Assembly (NCBI RefSeq): GCF_009914755.1 | Contig: NC_060925.1 | Source: the human T2T-CHM13v2.0 reference genome, Homo sapiens | Reading direction: 5' to 3' (one strand) | DNA length: 64,000 nucleotides | Part shown: piece after piece, positions 1 to 12,132 of the stretch | How the letters are laid out: each line of letters opens with the position of its first letter | Position numbering within the stretch: position 1 is the first letter of the stretch | Program-made: the position numbers and the translations under genes | The notes under the pieces: model-generated | The model's database searches: none | What the model was told of the DNA's origin: nothing | Seen by the model: only the letters and a program-made list of their open reading frames with translations

Positions 1-476
1 AGGAGCACATAAATATGAGATGATGCATGATAAGCAATAAAGAGACATGGGTTGAGAAACTATGAGTTAACAATGTTTGCAATATATTGAGAACTATATA
101 AATAAATAGATATTTCAAACTGCATAATTAAGGATGTCTCTTTAAACAAGGAGTGGTTTTATTTAAAAGTGTATTTCCATCCACAAAAAGCATATGGCAA
201 GTGGAATAATTGCTGTGTTATAAACCCCATGTAACTTTAACTTAAACAAAAAAAGGAATCATTAGCCACAGTACTGAGCTTTGTTACTCAAAGAATAGCC
301 TTCATTCTAAGGCTGTAGTTGGCCAAAGGTTTGATGTAAATGTCTTGTTTTAATTATCTGAAAATTATTGTTAATTCAAAGTCGTAGAATAAGAAAAATT
401 TGTTTACTATAAACTTTGGATCAGTCCATTATTTCTATCATTGTTGAATTGTTGAGCAGAATAAGTACTGTATGAG

Positions 477-620
477 TATCTGAGGCTCATACAAGTCATT
501 TAATCTGTATGAGCCTCAGATAGTAGTATGATAATAGCAATAATCTACATTTTTATCGTTACTAGGATGGCTAGGAGGATGATTAAGTGTAATAATCTGG
601 GTGTGAACATTTTTACGTAA
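477..620 (+). mobile_element. MIR SINE fragment
   Basis: caagtcatttaatctgtatgagcctcaga...ataatagcaataatctac...aggatgattaagtgtaataat resembles the MIR core and 3' part. Confidence 0.55.
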
Positions 621-655
621 TGAAACTCAGAATTGATATTAACTAATTTGATCCA

Positions 656-1061
656 TGTGTTAGGCCACTCTTTTTTCATTTCTATAAAGTAATACCTGAG
701 GCTAGGTAATTTTTAAAGAAAAGTGATTTAATTGGCTCACAGTTCTGCAGGCTGTATAGGAAGGGTGGTGCTGACATCTGCTTTGGGTGAGGTTTCAGGT
801 AGCTCAGAATCATGGTGGAAGTCAAATGGGAGGCAGACTTGTAACATGGCAAGAGTGGGAGCAAGAGAGAAAGAGGTGGGAGGTGCCAAAACAACCAGAT
901 CTCACATGAGCTCAGAGCAAGAATTCACTTATCACCAAGAAGATGGTGCTAAGACATTTATGAGGATATGCCTCAATCACCTCCCACCAGGCCACATTTT
1001 CAACATAGGGAATCACATTTCAACACAAGATTTTGAGGGCACAAACATCCAAAGCATAATG
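656..1061 (-). mobile_element. MaLR solo LTR (MSTB-like)
   Basis: tgtgttaggcc...ctataaagtaatacctgaggctaggtaat...attggctcacagttctgcagg...acaaacatccaaagcat; imperfect 5-bp TSD atcca/atcaa. Confidence 0.85.
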
Positions 1062-3063
1062 ATCAATCACAGTCTCTGAACATTTTACTAAGGTCCTTAA
1101 GGCAGGATCAAGGAAAAGCAAAACAGCTCTTTGATTTGAATTAAAGGATCTTGTGCATTTTCCTTCATGGAACTTGATTTTAGGTTAAGGTATTGGAAAC
1201 TTTTTTTCAAAATAATGCATAAATAAGGAGAAGTCATTAACCCTTGAGTTTAAGTATATATTTTTAGATTTCTAAGAGCAAATGACAGTCTGAGATAAAT
1301 AGGAAATAGATGGATTTTTCTGTGAAACAAGTAAAACGAATCTTGACCGTTCATTGCAGCATTTGCACGGTACCCTGGTGATGTCCCTGAGGTAGCTGGG
1401 AGCAGGGGTGCAAAGAAACACATGGGGCTTGAATTTCTTGTTAAATATTTTTGAGAAAAGATTTACTCAGGTAAAAATCATATGAAAAATAATAAATTTA
1501 GAGGATGAGCTATGAACAAATCATGAGTCATCAGGAAGTCAGTGGGTCCACACAGAAACCGTAAGAGAGAAGGGGTTAGATACAAGTTTACTTACATCAA
1601 AATTTCCCTGGACCTAGGCTGATAGGACACCCATCTTCCATTCAGAGGAGGGACATAAATGCAGCCAAGAGTCTTATAAAAACTGAGAGTATGGAAAACA
1701 GTTCTGCCATCAGAGTTTACTCTTTTCTGTCATGTTTTCTTCACTACCTCCATCTATAGTTTGCATATTTTGTCTGCTAATTTGCCAGTCACCAAGTGGC
1801 AACCATCTTTAACATCATGACCCAAAAAAACTTGGTTACAATCCCTAACCTGGGACCACAAATCTCTGTTGTGCTTTTAATATATTCTACGAAAGACCTT
1901 AACCAAGGAGAAAAATGGGAGATGAAATCTAGTTGGCATTAAACTCACTAATGCTTACTCCCTTGCTCTGGAATGCGTCCACTGAGGAAGAGGTACCCTT
2001 TCTTAACTTATAAAAGGGCAAGCTACATTTACTTCTTTCATGGCGTAACTTCCTGTTCATTCGGTGTGTTATCTTTAGCCAAGTAATAACGTAAGCACAA
2101 TGGGTTGTAGTATCTCCTGTGTCTTAGTACTATCCTTTTCACATAGTACACATTCCCTAATCACTTTTAGGATTATTATTGAATGAATGTCCCATGTGAT
2201 AAAATCGATCCACATAACTGTTTATAAAGAACTTTAAGAAGCTGCTTGTGCCTATAGACTTTATGACTTTTTAAAAAATGTTAACTGCAAGATATTTTTT
2301 CCACTATATAAATTTCATGAATCATATTTAAAAATACTTAATTCATTCTAAATCCCAACTTCAAATTAGGTTGTCTTCTACTTTGATTTGCCTGTCTGGA
2401 TTCTTTAATTGCTGTGATAGTCTCCATTGGAGTAGATAATAAAAGGTAAACGCCACAGGAAGGTGATTCAATCATTGTTTCTCACTAACAAAACTAAAGG
2501 TTCCCTACTTTGGAAGGGAAGAGGGAGTTTCTGTCATGTGGCAGATTCCATGTCTACTTGCAATCATTCTATTCCACTTACGAGTGAGCTAACTGAGTAT
2601 GAGAGAACTTAAATGACTTGGTAAAAGTAACTCATCCTGTAAGTGCCAGAAATGAAAGTCCAGTATTCAGACGAACAACTAATTTGTCTGGATGGTATTT
2701 TAGTTACACTGACTGTGCTTTCACAATGATGAAGTATTTTGTTTACCTGGGAATTTCAGCTAATTATCTCAGTACTTTTTCAACATAATGAAAAATGACC
2801 AATTTGAGTGATTGTATTCTCCCCCAATTAGGTAACATTTTTCTCATTTAACTGAATGTGTTGACACCATTATTGCAAAGTCCAGAATTCCCAATTTCCT
2901 ACTGAATACAGGTACATGAAGTAAAACACTAAGAACCATTCACATAAGCTAGGGAAAATTTACCACCAAGTATTTACATATGGCCTTTAATGAAAATAAG
3001 TGTTTGCTTGTTTTAAACTCTTTTTTAACTATTGCTGTTTTTTGAGAACTTAAAAAAATTCCA

Positions 3064-3411
<348 letters not shown>

Positions 3412-3625
3412 TCACTTTCTCAAAGAAAATAAACTATTCAGTATTAAATTATGCCTGGAATATACATTTCTTTAAAAATCAAAGATATTTAAGCATGCCA
3501 GATAATAAAATTTTGGAAATAACTTACATATAGGTCTTTTATATATCTGTTAAAATATATGCAAAGAAAGCAGTGAGAATTTAGCCCTCTGTCCAGAAAT
3601 GTTTATGGAAAAATATTTATATATT

Positions 3626-3626
<1 letters not shown>

Positions 3627-3666
<40 letters not shown>
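3627..3666. repeat. (TG)n microsatellite
   Basis: About 20 uninterrupted TG units. Confidence 0.95.
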
Positions 3667-3667
<1 letters not shown>

Positions 3668-3832
3668 GGTTTAGATTTTGCTTCAATAAAGGCAGTCAAA
3701 TCACAACCTTGCTTAGAAATGAGACTTTTCTTCAAAAACTGTAAACAGGATTTTAGATACATATCTAGGCAATATGCAAATGTAGGCTTCTTTAAATCAA
3801 AGGTAGTTCTGGGCAGGTATTTTAACCATGAG

Positions 3833-4224
3833 TTATATAGTTTGGCTCTGTGTCCCCACCCAACTCTCTTCTCAAATTATAAGCCCTATGTGTTGAGCGA
3901 GGAACCTGTAATCCTCATCTGTAGAGAGTAGAGGAAGGGAGGTGACCAGATCATCGGGGCGGTTTCCTCCATGCTTTTCTTGTGATAACTAGTGAGTGCT
4001 CAAAGTATCTGATGGTTTTATAAGTGTTTGACAGTTCCTCCTATAAGCTTGCTCTCTTTTGCCTGCCACCATGTAAGATGTGCCTGCTTCCCCTTCCCCT
4101 GTGATTGTTTCTTGAGGCCTCTGTGTGAGTTCCTCCATGTGGAACTGTGAGTCAATTAAACCTCTTTCCTTTATAAATCACCTAGTCTCAGGTCTTTATA
4201 GCAGTGTGAAAATGGACTAATACA
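3833..4224 (+). mobile_element. MaLR solo LTR (THE1/MSTA-like)
   Basis: ttatatagtttggctctgtgtccccaccc...gtcaattaaacctctttcc...aatggactaataca; TSD atgag/ataag. Confidence 0.9.
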
Positions 4225-6162
4225 ATAAGCAAATGCTTATTTCATGTAGAACTGGTAAAATAGGTTTAACTAATAATTAAATTAAACATCAAACCACCTC
4301 ACTCATTTGTGCCATGTTCTTTAAACAAAAATTAGTTCTCCAATTACATAAGAACATATGAAGTAATTTTTAGTTATGCATTTCAATGTTTTTTGACATA
4401 TTTCTGGTAAAAGAGTGCTATGTGCTGCTATTCTTTTTTAAAAGATGACAATTTGTAGATACATATTTAAATATAGGTATAAGTATACATATAGATAACA
4501 GGTATAGATGATATAGATAGTGATCACATGAGTATTTCAATGAACTGGAATCTTTAGTTATGACTTTATGATCTGAAGATGTTTTGATATATATATATAT
4601 TTTCCATTTTAAAGAGCAATAGGAAAGGTAAATGCATTTTATTCTTTGCAGTCAAGATTATAATCTTTTAGAAGAAAACTATAAATACAGAAATACCATA
4701 ATTCAAGGAATAAATGTGTAACTACAATAATATAGGTGGGAAGCACTATGATGCAGCAAAATAAAATAAATCAGCACTTGAATACGTCTCCCTGTGATGA
4801 GGTAGGCTATCTGTTGTAGCTCCAGGTAAACGGTGACCTTGCCAAATCATTGAAACATGTGGTACTCAGTTTTCATTTTCAAAAAAATCAGTGAGTTGGT
4901 CCTAGGTTCCTTTAAGCTTCTATTTTTGATAACAAAATTGCCATGGCAACTGGTTGGAACTTTCATTAAAAGAAAAAAAAAAACCTGCCTTTTGATGAAA
5001 AAGGAAAAGAAATTCCAGAGAAAGCAAAGTGTATAACACACACACACACAAAGAATTTCTTGAGATAAACAAAGCCGAAACCAAACTAAATAAAACTAAG
5101 CAACAAAAAGCAACATGGGACAAAAGAAAAATGTTCTTTAGGAAAAACATAGTTTCAATTCAGTTGGAGTACAATTTTATGTCATTTCGTGATAAGCAAT
5201 AGGGTGAGGGTTGGAGATAGTTGCAGAAATCCTGAATGTCAGAATGTTATTACATTTATAGTTAATTTGGTAGGGGAGAGAGATGGTCATTGAATTCATT
5301 TGAATATGACTGGATCTGTTCTGGCAGATTAGTGAGAATAAGGAAGACCCTCGAAAGGTGTATAATTAGAAATCTATGCAACGAATTCAGAACCAAATTA
5401 ATGAGGATCTAAATTGACATGACAAATATGAGAATAGAATGAAGGAGAGAGGAAAGGACATTAAAAAGAACAGAATGCATAGGGTTTTTTGTGTAAGAGT
5501 GTGGATGGAGAAAATTTGAAAATTTAAATGTGAATACCTGAATAAATCATGGTGTTATTTAAAGAAGAAAATCATGAGGAGCGTGTCTTTGGGCAGAGCA
5601 GACTAAAACCAAAATAAAACTACATATAACCTAAAAGCTAGGAAAAAGATTGAAAATCAGTAAGATAATTTATTTATTCCATATATTAGAAACCCAAGGG
5701 TCAAAGAAGTGATTTGTCTAAGCCAGATGACTAATACAGAAAAAATGTTGAAACATGCTTAGTCAGAGGGGCTAGTACAGAAGCAGGTGAAAATATCCAA
5801 TAAGGCAGTAGGTTACAACTGAAGCCAGCAGTAAAATTACAGTTTATTGTAAGAGTTAAATGATTATCTCACTAAAGTAATAATTTGGAAGAACCCTACA
5901 AAAGACTGCCTTCTTACTATGTCAGGGATCGCATAACTATTGCATTAAAATTTTAGGACAACTGATATTCTTACAACATCTTCAGATTACCTACTGTAAA
6001 AATACTGGAAACATAAAACATTATGAAAATATTTTCATACAGAATAAATTTTCTGTAACTGATACTGCTGGAAACAAAAAATTAAGTATTCTATCTTAAA
6101 AATATTCAGAAAATATATATTTCCTATTTAATGACTCCTAGTTTTTATAAATTTCAACACAG

Positions 6163-6692
6163 TGATGGGGTTCACTACATTCTACCCCAAAATATGGCAT
6201 CTTGTCATTTGAGAAAATAGCAGAAGCAAGATCAGTCTTTCACTTTTCCCTGCCCTTCTTTCCTGAAGCAGGTCATAAAAACTACAAAGGATTATCTGAC
6301 ATTTTCCTGAAGTAGGTCATAAGACTTTCATTTAAGAGGTGCCCTCCCTATACCTAGAGGCAAAGAATATCCTTATCTCTGAACACACAGGGATACAAAG
6401 AAGAATCTGAAAAAAACGGGCCTTGCTAAGTTAGCCCTACTTCATTATCATTATATCATACCTTTTGTCCTCCAATCATATTCCTCCACAACTGTCCACT
6501 ATTAATTAAATCTAAACATAAAAATACACGTTTTTCTATTTCTTGAAGTCTTCATTTCTCAAAACTCTCATGCCATTTAAAAGTTATAATCAGGAATTTG
6601 TATACTTTTCTCTTGTTAATTGGTCTTTTGGTATAGGAACATCATTCGTAATCCTAGCAATTGATAAGAAAACATATTCCCCCCCCCTTACA
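6163..6692 (+). mobile_element. ERV1 solo LTR (MER34/MER39-like)
   Basis: tg...ca termini; ctaccccaaaatatggcatcttgtcatttgagaaaatagcagaagc start typical of this group. Confidence 0.7.
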
Positions 6693-6799
6693 ATTTCAAG
6701 TAGATGATCAAACATGGAGGCATCTAGATATAAATATGTTCTGTGGAGACCACCACTCAGCCATCCAGACATCTTTGAGTACTGAAGACCATTTCAAAA

Positions 6800-6958
6800 A
6801 GTTAAATAAAGTAAATAAACAAAAGGGGAGAGACAAGTGAAGAAGATGAAGAAGCAGGAGAATAAGGAGAAAGGAATAGGAGAAATGAAAGAAATAAGGG
6901 AACAAACTAGAAAAGAAGAGGGGAAGAGAGGGAATCAGGAAGAAGGAAGGAAGAAGTC
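6800..6958. repeat. GA-rich low-complexity purine tract
   Basis: agaagatgaagaagcaggagaataaggagaaagg...gaaggaaggaagaag. Confidence 0.8.
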
Positions 6959-7597
6959 ACAAAATCTGATCCCTTTCCTCACATAGTAGATCAAGTGAGG
7001 ATGTTCAACTAACCTATATTCTCAAATATATGAGAGACTGGAAGGGGTTTCTTCACCTCTGCCTACATTCTGTGCCTAGATTTAGAAACATGGCTCTCCT
7101 AAAAATAAGGGACTCTGGAGAAGGAAAGCAGAGTTGAGAAATGAATGCTTGCATTGCCTCTGCCACGTAATTTTGATTCTTCAGGTTAATGCCTCCTTTG
7201 CACAAGGTATTGCCTTCGTCTTCCAAGTAACTAACACATAGCAATCTCATTCGGGCTTCATCATGGCTAGCTCTGCAATAACATTATTTGCTAAGTGGAT
7301 CATCTTTGAGAATATTTGTTTTTTATTAGACAAGAAAACATTTCTGATTTAAATAATAAATAATAAATTTATATGGAATGAGAGATGGTGAAATCTAGTA
7401 ACCTCCTCCATATTATCATTAAATTAACAGCCACCCACTTTTTCTTCTAACACCAATTATGATAACAGAGAATATATTAGACAATTGTTTCAACGTACTT
7501 TGGAAAGAATACAATATGCACACACATATAATCATAACACAAAATTAATAAAAATAATTTATTATATTTAGTGTTTTTACTTAGAAAAAGTATCATG

Positions 7598-8694
7598 AAC
7601 AGGGTATAACATTTCTTTTTCTCCACATCCTTGCCAAAATAAGTTGTTTTTGAATTTTTAATAACAGACATTTTGACTGGTGTGAGATGTCATCTCATCT
7701 TGGTTTTAATTTGTATATCTATGATGATTAGTGAAGACGAGCATTTTTACGTTTGTTGGATGCTTGTATGTTTTCTTTTGAAAAATGTCTGTTCATGGCG
7801 TTTGCCCACTTTTTAATGGGGTTATTTATTTTTTTCTTGTTGAATTGAGTTTCTTATAGATTCTGGATATTAGTGCTTTGTCAGATACATAGTTTGCAAA
7901 TATTTTCTCTCCCATTCTGATAGGCTGTTTGTCGATTATTTTTTCACTGTGAAAATGCTCTTTAGTTTAAACATAATTTGTCTATTTTTATTTTTGTTTC
8001 ATTTGCTTTTGATGTCTTTCTCATATATTATTTGGCAAGACCTACATCAAGAAGAGTTTTTCCTAGATTTTATTATGGGATTCTTACAGTTTGAAGTCTT
8101 ACAGTTAAGCCTTTAATCAATAGTAAGTTAATTTTTGTGTATGGTGAGAGATAAAGTCCAGTTTCATCCTTCAGCATATGACTATGTAATTTTTCTAGCA
8201 CTATTTATTTAATAGAGTGTCCTTTCCCCATTGTCTGGAGTCAACCTAAGTGTCCATCAACAGATGATTAGGTAAAGAAAATGTGTATATACACGCAGGC
8301 ACACACACACACACACACACACACCAAGGAATACTATGCAGCCATACAAATAGTATTGTGTCTTTTGCAGAAACAAGGATGGAGTTGGTGGCCATTATTC
8401 TCAGTGAAATTATTCAGAAACTAAAAATCAAGTATTGTATGTTCTCACTTACAAGTGGACCTAAATAACGGGTATACAAGAAAATACAGAGGAAAATAAT
8501 AGATACTGGGGCTTCCAATAGAGGGCCAGGTAGGAAGGGGTGAGAGTTGAAAAATTACATAGTAAGTACAATAGTCACTATTCAGATGATAGGTAAATGC
8601 AAAGCCTAAACATCACCATCATACAATATATTCATGTAACAAACATGCACATGTACCCCCTGAATCTATATATATATTTTTTAATTTAAAAAAG
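7598..8694 (+). mobile_element. 5'-truncated, 5'-inverted L1 (L1PB-like)
   Basis: Antisense ORF2 3' segment 7598-~8234 joined to sense ORF2 end and 3'UTR ~8235-8694 with A tail; TSD gaaaaagYatcatg at 7584-7597 and 8695-8708. Confidence 0.85.
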
Positions 8695-8810
8695 GAAAAA
8701 GCATCATGGGTGAACATCTCTGATTTTTCCCTTTAATTCTTTAGAATTGATGACAGCTCTGTATGCTTTATGTTAATTAGTTTGCTTAAATTAAAACTCA
8801 TTTTTCCTAA

Positions 8811-9127
8811 AATTATTATTATTATTATTATTATTTTCTGAGATGGAGTCTTGCGCCGTCACTCAGACTGGAGTGCAAGAGCGCGATGGGCTCGGATCAC
8901 TGCAGCCTCCGCCTCCTGGGTTCAAGTGATTCCCATGCCTCAGCCTCCCCCAAGTAGCTGAGACTACAGGTGTAAGCCACTATGGCTGGCTAGTTTTTGT
9001 ATTTTTTAGCAGAGACGGGGTTTCGCTATGCTGGCCAGGTCAGTCTCAAACATCTGACCTCAAATGATCCGCACATCTCGGCATCCCAAAGTGCTAGGAT
9101 TACAGGCTTGAGACACCGCGCCCTGCC
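8811..9127 (-). mobile_element. Alu SINE (AluS-like) with (AAT)n tail
   Basis: tgagatggagtc...cccaaagtgctaggattacaggc; taaaattat on both flanks. Confidence 0.93.
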
Positions 9128-9139
9128 TAAAATTATGGT

Positions 9140-9300
9140 TTTTAACAGCTTTAATGAGATATGGTCAATAAACAAAATGCTGCACATATGAAATGTGCAA
9201 AATTTGATGAGTTTGGATATACGCTTAAACCTGTCAAAGATCACCATCATTAAAGTAATAAACATATTCATTACCTCCAAAAATTTTCTTGTGCTCCACT
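9140..9300 (-). mobile_element. Old L1M 3'UTR fragment
   Basis: aacagctttaatgagatat...tttgatgagtttggatata...atattcattacctccaaaaattttcttgtg. Confidence 0.65.
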
Positions 9301-10329
9301 GTTAAAATTGCCTTTAATTGTTGATAGCTCTTTTCTGTTCCTTATAACTTTTATTTAGCTAAATATAATTATAAAACTGGCTACTACTATTAGTACAACA
9401 GATTCATAAACAATTGTTATGAGAAGAGATTAATCCTGAAGACAATTCTTCTAGGAAAATATTTTAAATCAAAATACTTTTGGGTAATTTAGTGAACTGT
9501 AACTGTCAAATATGACCAGAGATACTTCTATTTATTATACATAAGTAACCCTAATTAATTTTGCATTGTGATTGTTTACATATTGTATAATATTATATTC
9601 CGAATAGGGCAAACTGTTTAGAATAAAATGTTTATTACTTAATAAATATTTATAATCTCATAAACAACTAGAAAAATTTCGAGTGAAATTAATAAGAAAC
9701 AAATATGCTATGATCTCTGCTCTGTTTGCGTCATTCTAAATTTAAAAGAATAATAATAACAAATGTCTCATTTCACAAAGCTAAGGCACAACTTTTAATT
9801 ATATTTTTAGGCATCTGAAATATAATATTAACAAATAGGTACTAAACAATATGAAAGTGCTTATAATCTAAAGAAAATAAGGATACTGTCTTCAATCTTT
9901 ACATGAAATTTAAGTTTGTTTAGACATTAAGACCATTCTGTCCACATTTTCCTGTCATGTAGACAGGTTTATTATTAATCAAAAAAACTACTGGTTTCTG
10001 TATAACCAATTGCTTATTGATTATATTATGTATACAGGGATAATATTAATCAGCATTTAATGTCAACCACTCAAGAAAATTTAAGAGCATCTCTAATATT
10101 ACATTAACAAATACTATAAGTTATTGGAAGTCTATAGTTTAAATATCGACTTCTGGTTTGAAATCTTTTCCAGTTGCTAATGCCACTTCTACGGCCCTGT
10201 AAACTTTCATATAAACATCTACAAAATACACTTATTACATACATTTGTTTGGCAATATGTACCATAATGTGCTAAGAAACACATAAGTCAAACAGAAAAG
10301 TTTTAGCTAATTGATTCAATGATATCTTT

Positions 10330-12092
10330 TCCCTTTTACTTTCAACTGTTATTTTAGATTCAGGTGATACAAGTGCAGGTTTGTTACATGGCATATTGCA
10401 TGATGCTGAAGTTTGGGTATGATTGATCTTGTCACTGAGGGAATGAGCGTAATACCCAACAGTTAGTTTTCAGTCCATGTTCCCCTTCCATCCTACAGCC
10501 TCCAGGAGTCCCCAGCATGTATTGTTGCCATCTTTTTTTTCCATATTTACTCAAAGATTAGTTTCCACTTATATGTGAGAATGTGTGGTATTTAGTTTTC
10601 TGTTTCTGTGTCAACTAAATTAGGGCAATGGCCTCCAGCTGCATCCAAATTGCTGCAAAAGACATGATTTTGTTTGTTTTTATGATTTATATGTAGTATT
10701 CTGCGGTGTATATGCACCATATTTTTTTAATCCGGTCCACTGTTGATGGGAACCTAGGCTGCTTCCATGCCTTTGCAATCGTAAATAATACTGTAGAAAA
10801 CATACAATTGCATGTGACTTTTTAGTAGAACAATTTATTTTCTCCTGGCTACATACTTAGCAATGGGGTTGCTGAGTCAAATGGTCTTCCGTTTTAAGTT
10901 CTTTGAGAAATCTCCAAACTGCTTTCCACAGTGGCTGAACTAATTCGCATTCCTACCAACAGTGTATAAGCATTCCTTTTTCTCCACAGTCTCACCAGCA
11001 TATTGTTGCTTTTGACTCTAATAATAGCCATTCTGACTGGTGTGAGATGGTATCTCTTTGCAATCTTGATTTGCGTTTCTCTGATGAGTGATGTTGATAA
11101 TTCCTTCACATGTTTGTTAGCCACTTGTTTGTCTTCTTTTGAGATGTGTTTATTCATGTATTTTTCCCACTTCTTAATGGGGTTGTTTCTTGGTTGTTGT
11201 GTTGTGTACGTTCTTGTTGATTCTGATGTTAGACCTTTGAGATATGCGTAGTTTGCAAATATTTTCTCCTATTCTGTAGGTTGTCTATTTACTCTGATGA
11301 TAGTTTCTTTTGCTGCACAGGGGCTCTTTAGTTTAATTAGGTCCCACTTCTCATTTTGTTGTTGTTGTTGTGGCAATTGCTTTTGAGGACTTAGTCATAA
11401 ATTATTTCCCAAGCCCAACATCCACAATGGTATTTCGAGATTTTCTTCTAGATTCTTAGAGTTTTAGGTCTTAAATTTAAATATTTACTCCGTCTTGAGT
11501 TAATTTTTGTGTATGGTGAAAAGTAGGGATCCAGTTTCATTTTTCTGCATATTGCTAGCCAGCTATCCTAGCACCATTTATTGAATAGGGAGTCCTTACC
11601 CCATTGCTTATTTTTGTCAACTTTGTCAAAGATCAGATAGGCATAGGTGTTCTGGTTTATTTTCTGATTATTTATTTTGTTACATTGGTTTATGTGTCTG
11701 TTTTTGTATCAGTACCATGCTGTTTTGGTTACTGTAGCCACAGCAAGTTTGAATTTGGGTAATGTGATGCCTCCAGTTTTGTTATTTTTACTTAAAATTG
11801 CTTTAACTATACGGACTCTTTTTTAGTTCCCTTTGAATTTTAGAGTTTTTTTAATTATATACAAATGGCATTGGTATTTTGATAGGCATAGCATTGAATC
11901 TACAGATTGTTTTGTGAAGTATGGCCATTTGAAAGATACTGATTCTCCCAATACATGAGCATGGAATATTTTTTCATTTGTTTGTGTGATCAATGAGTTT
12001 TTCAGCAGTGTTTCTAGTTATATTTCCAGGGATCTTTCACTTTTTTTATTAGATGTATTTCTAGTTTGTGTGTGTGTGGGGGGGGGTGGGTG

Positions 12093-12132
<40 letters not shown>

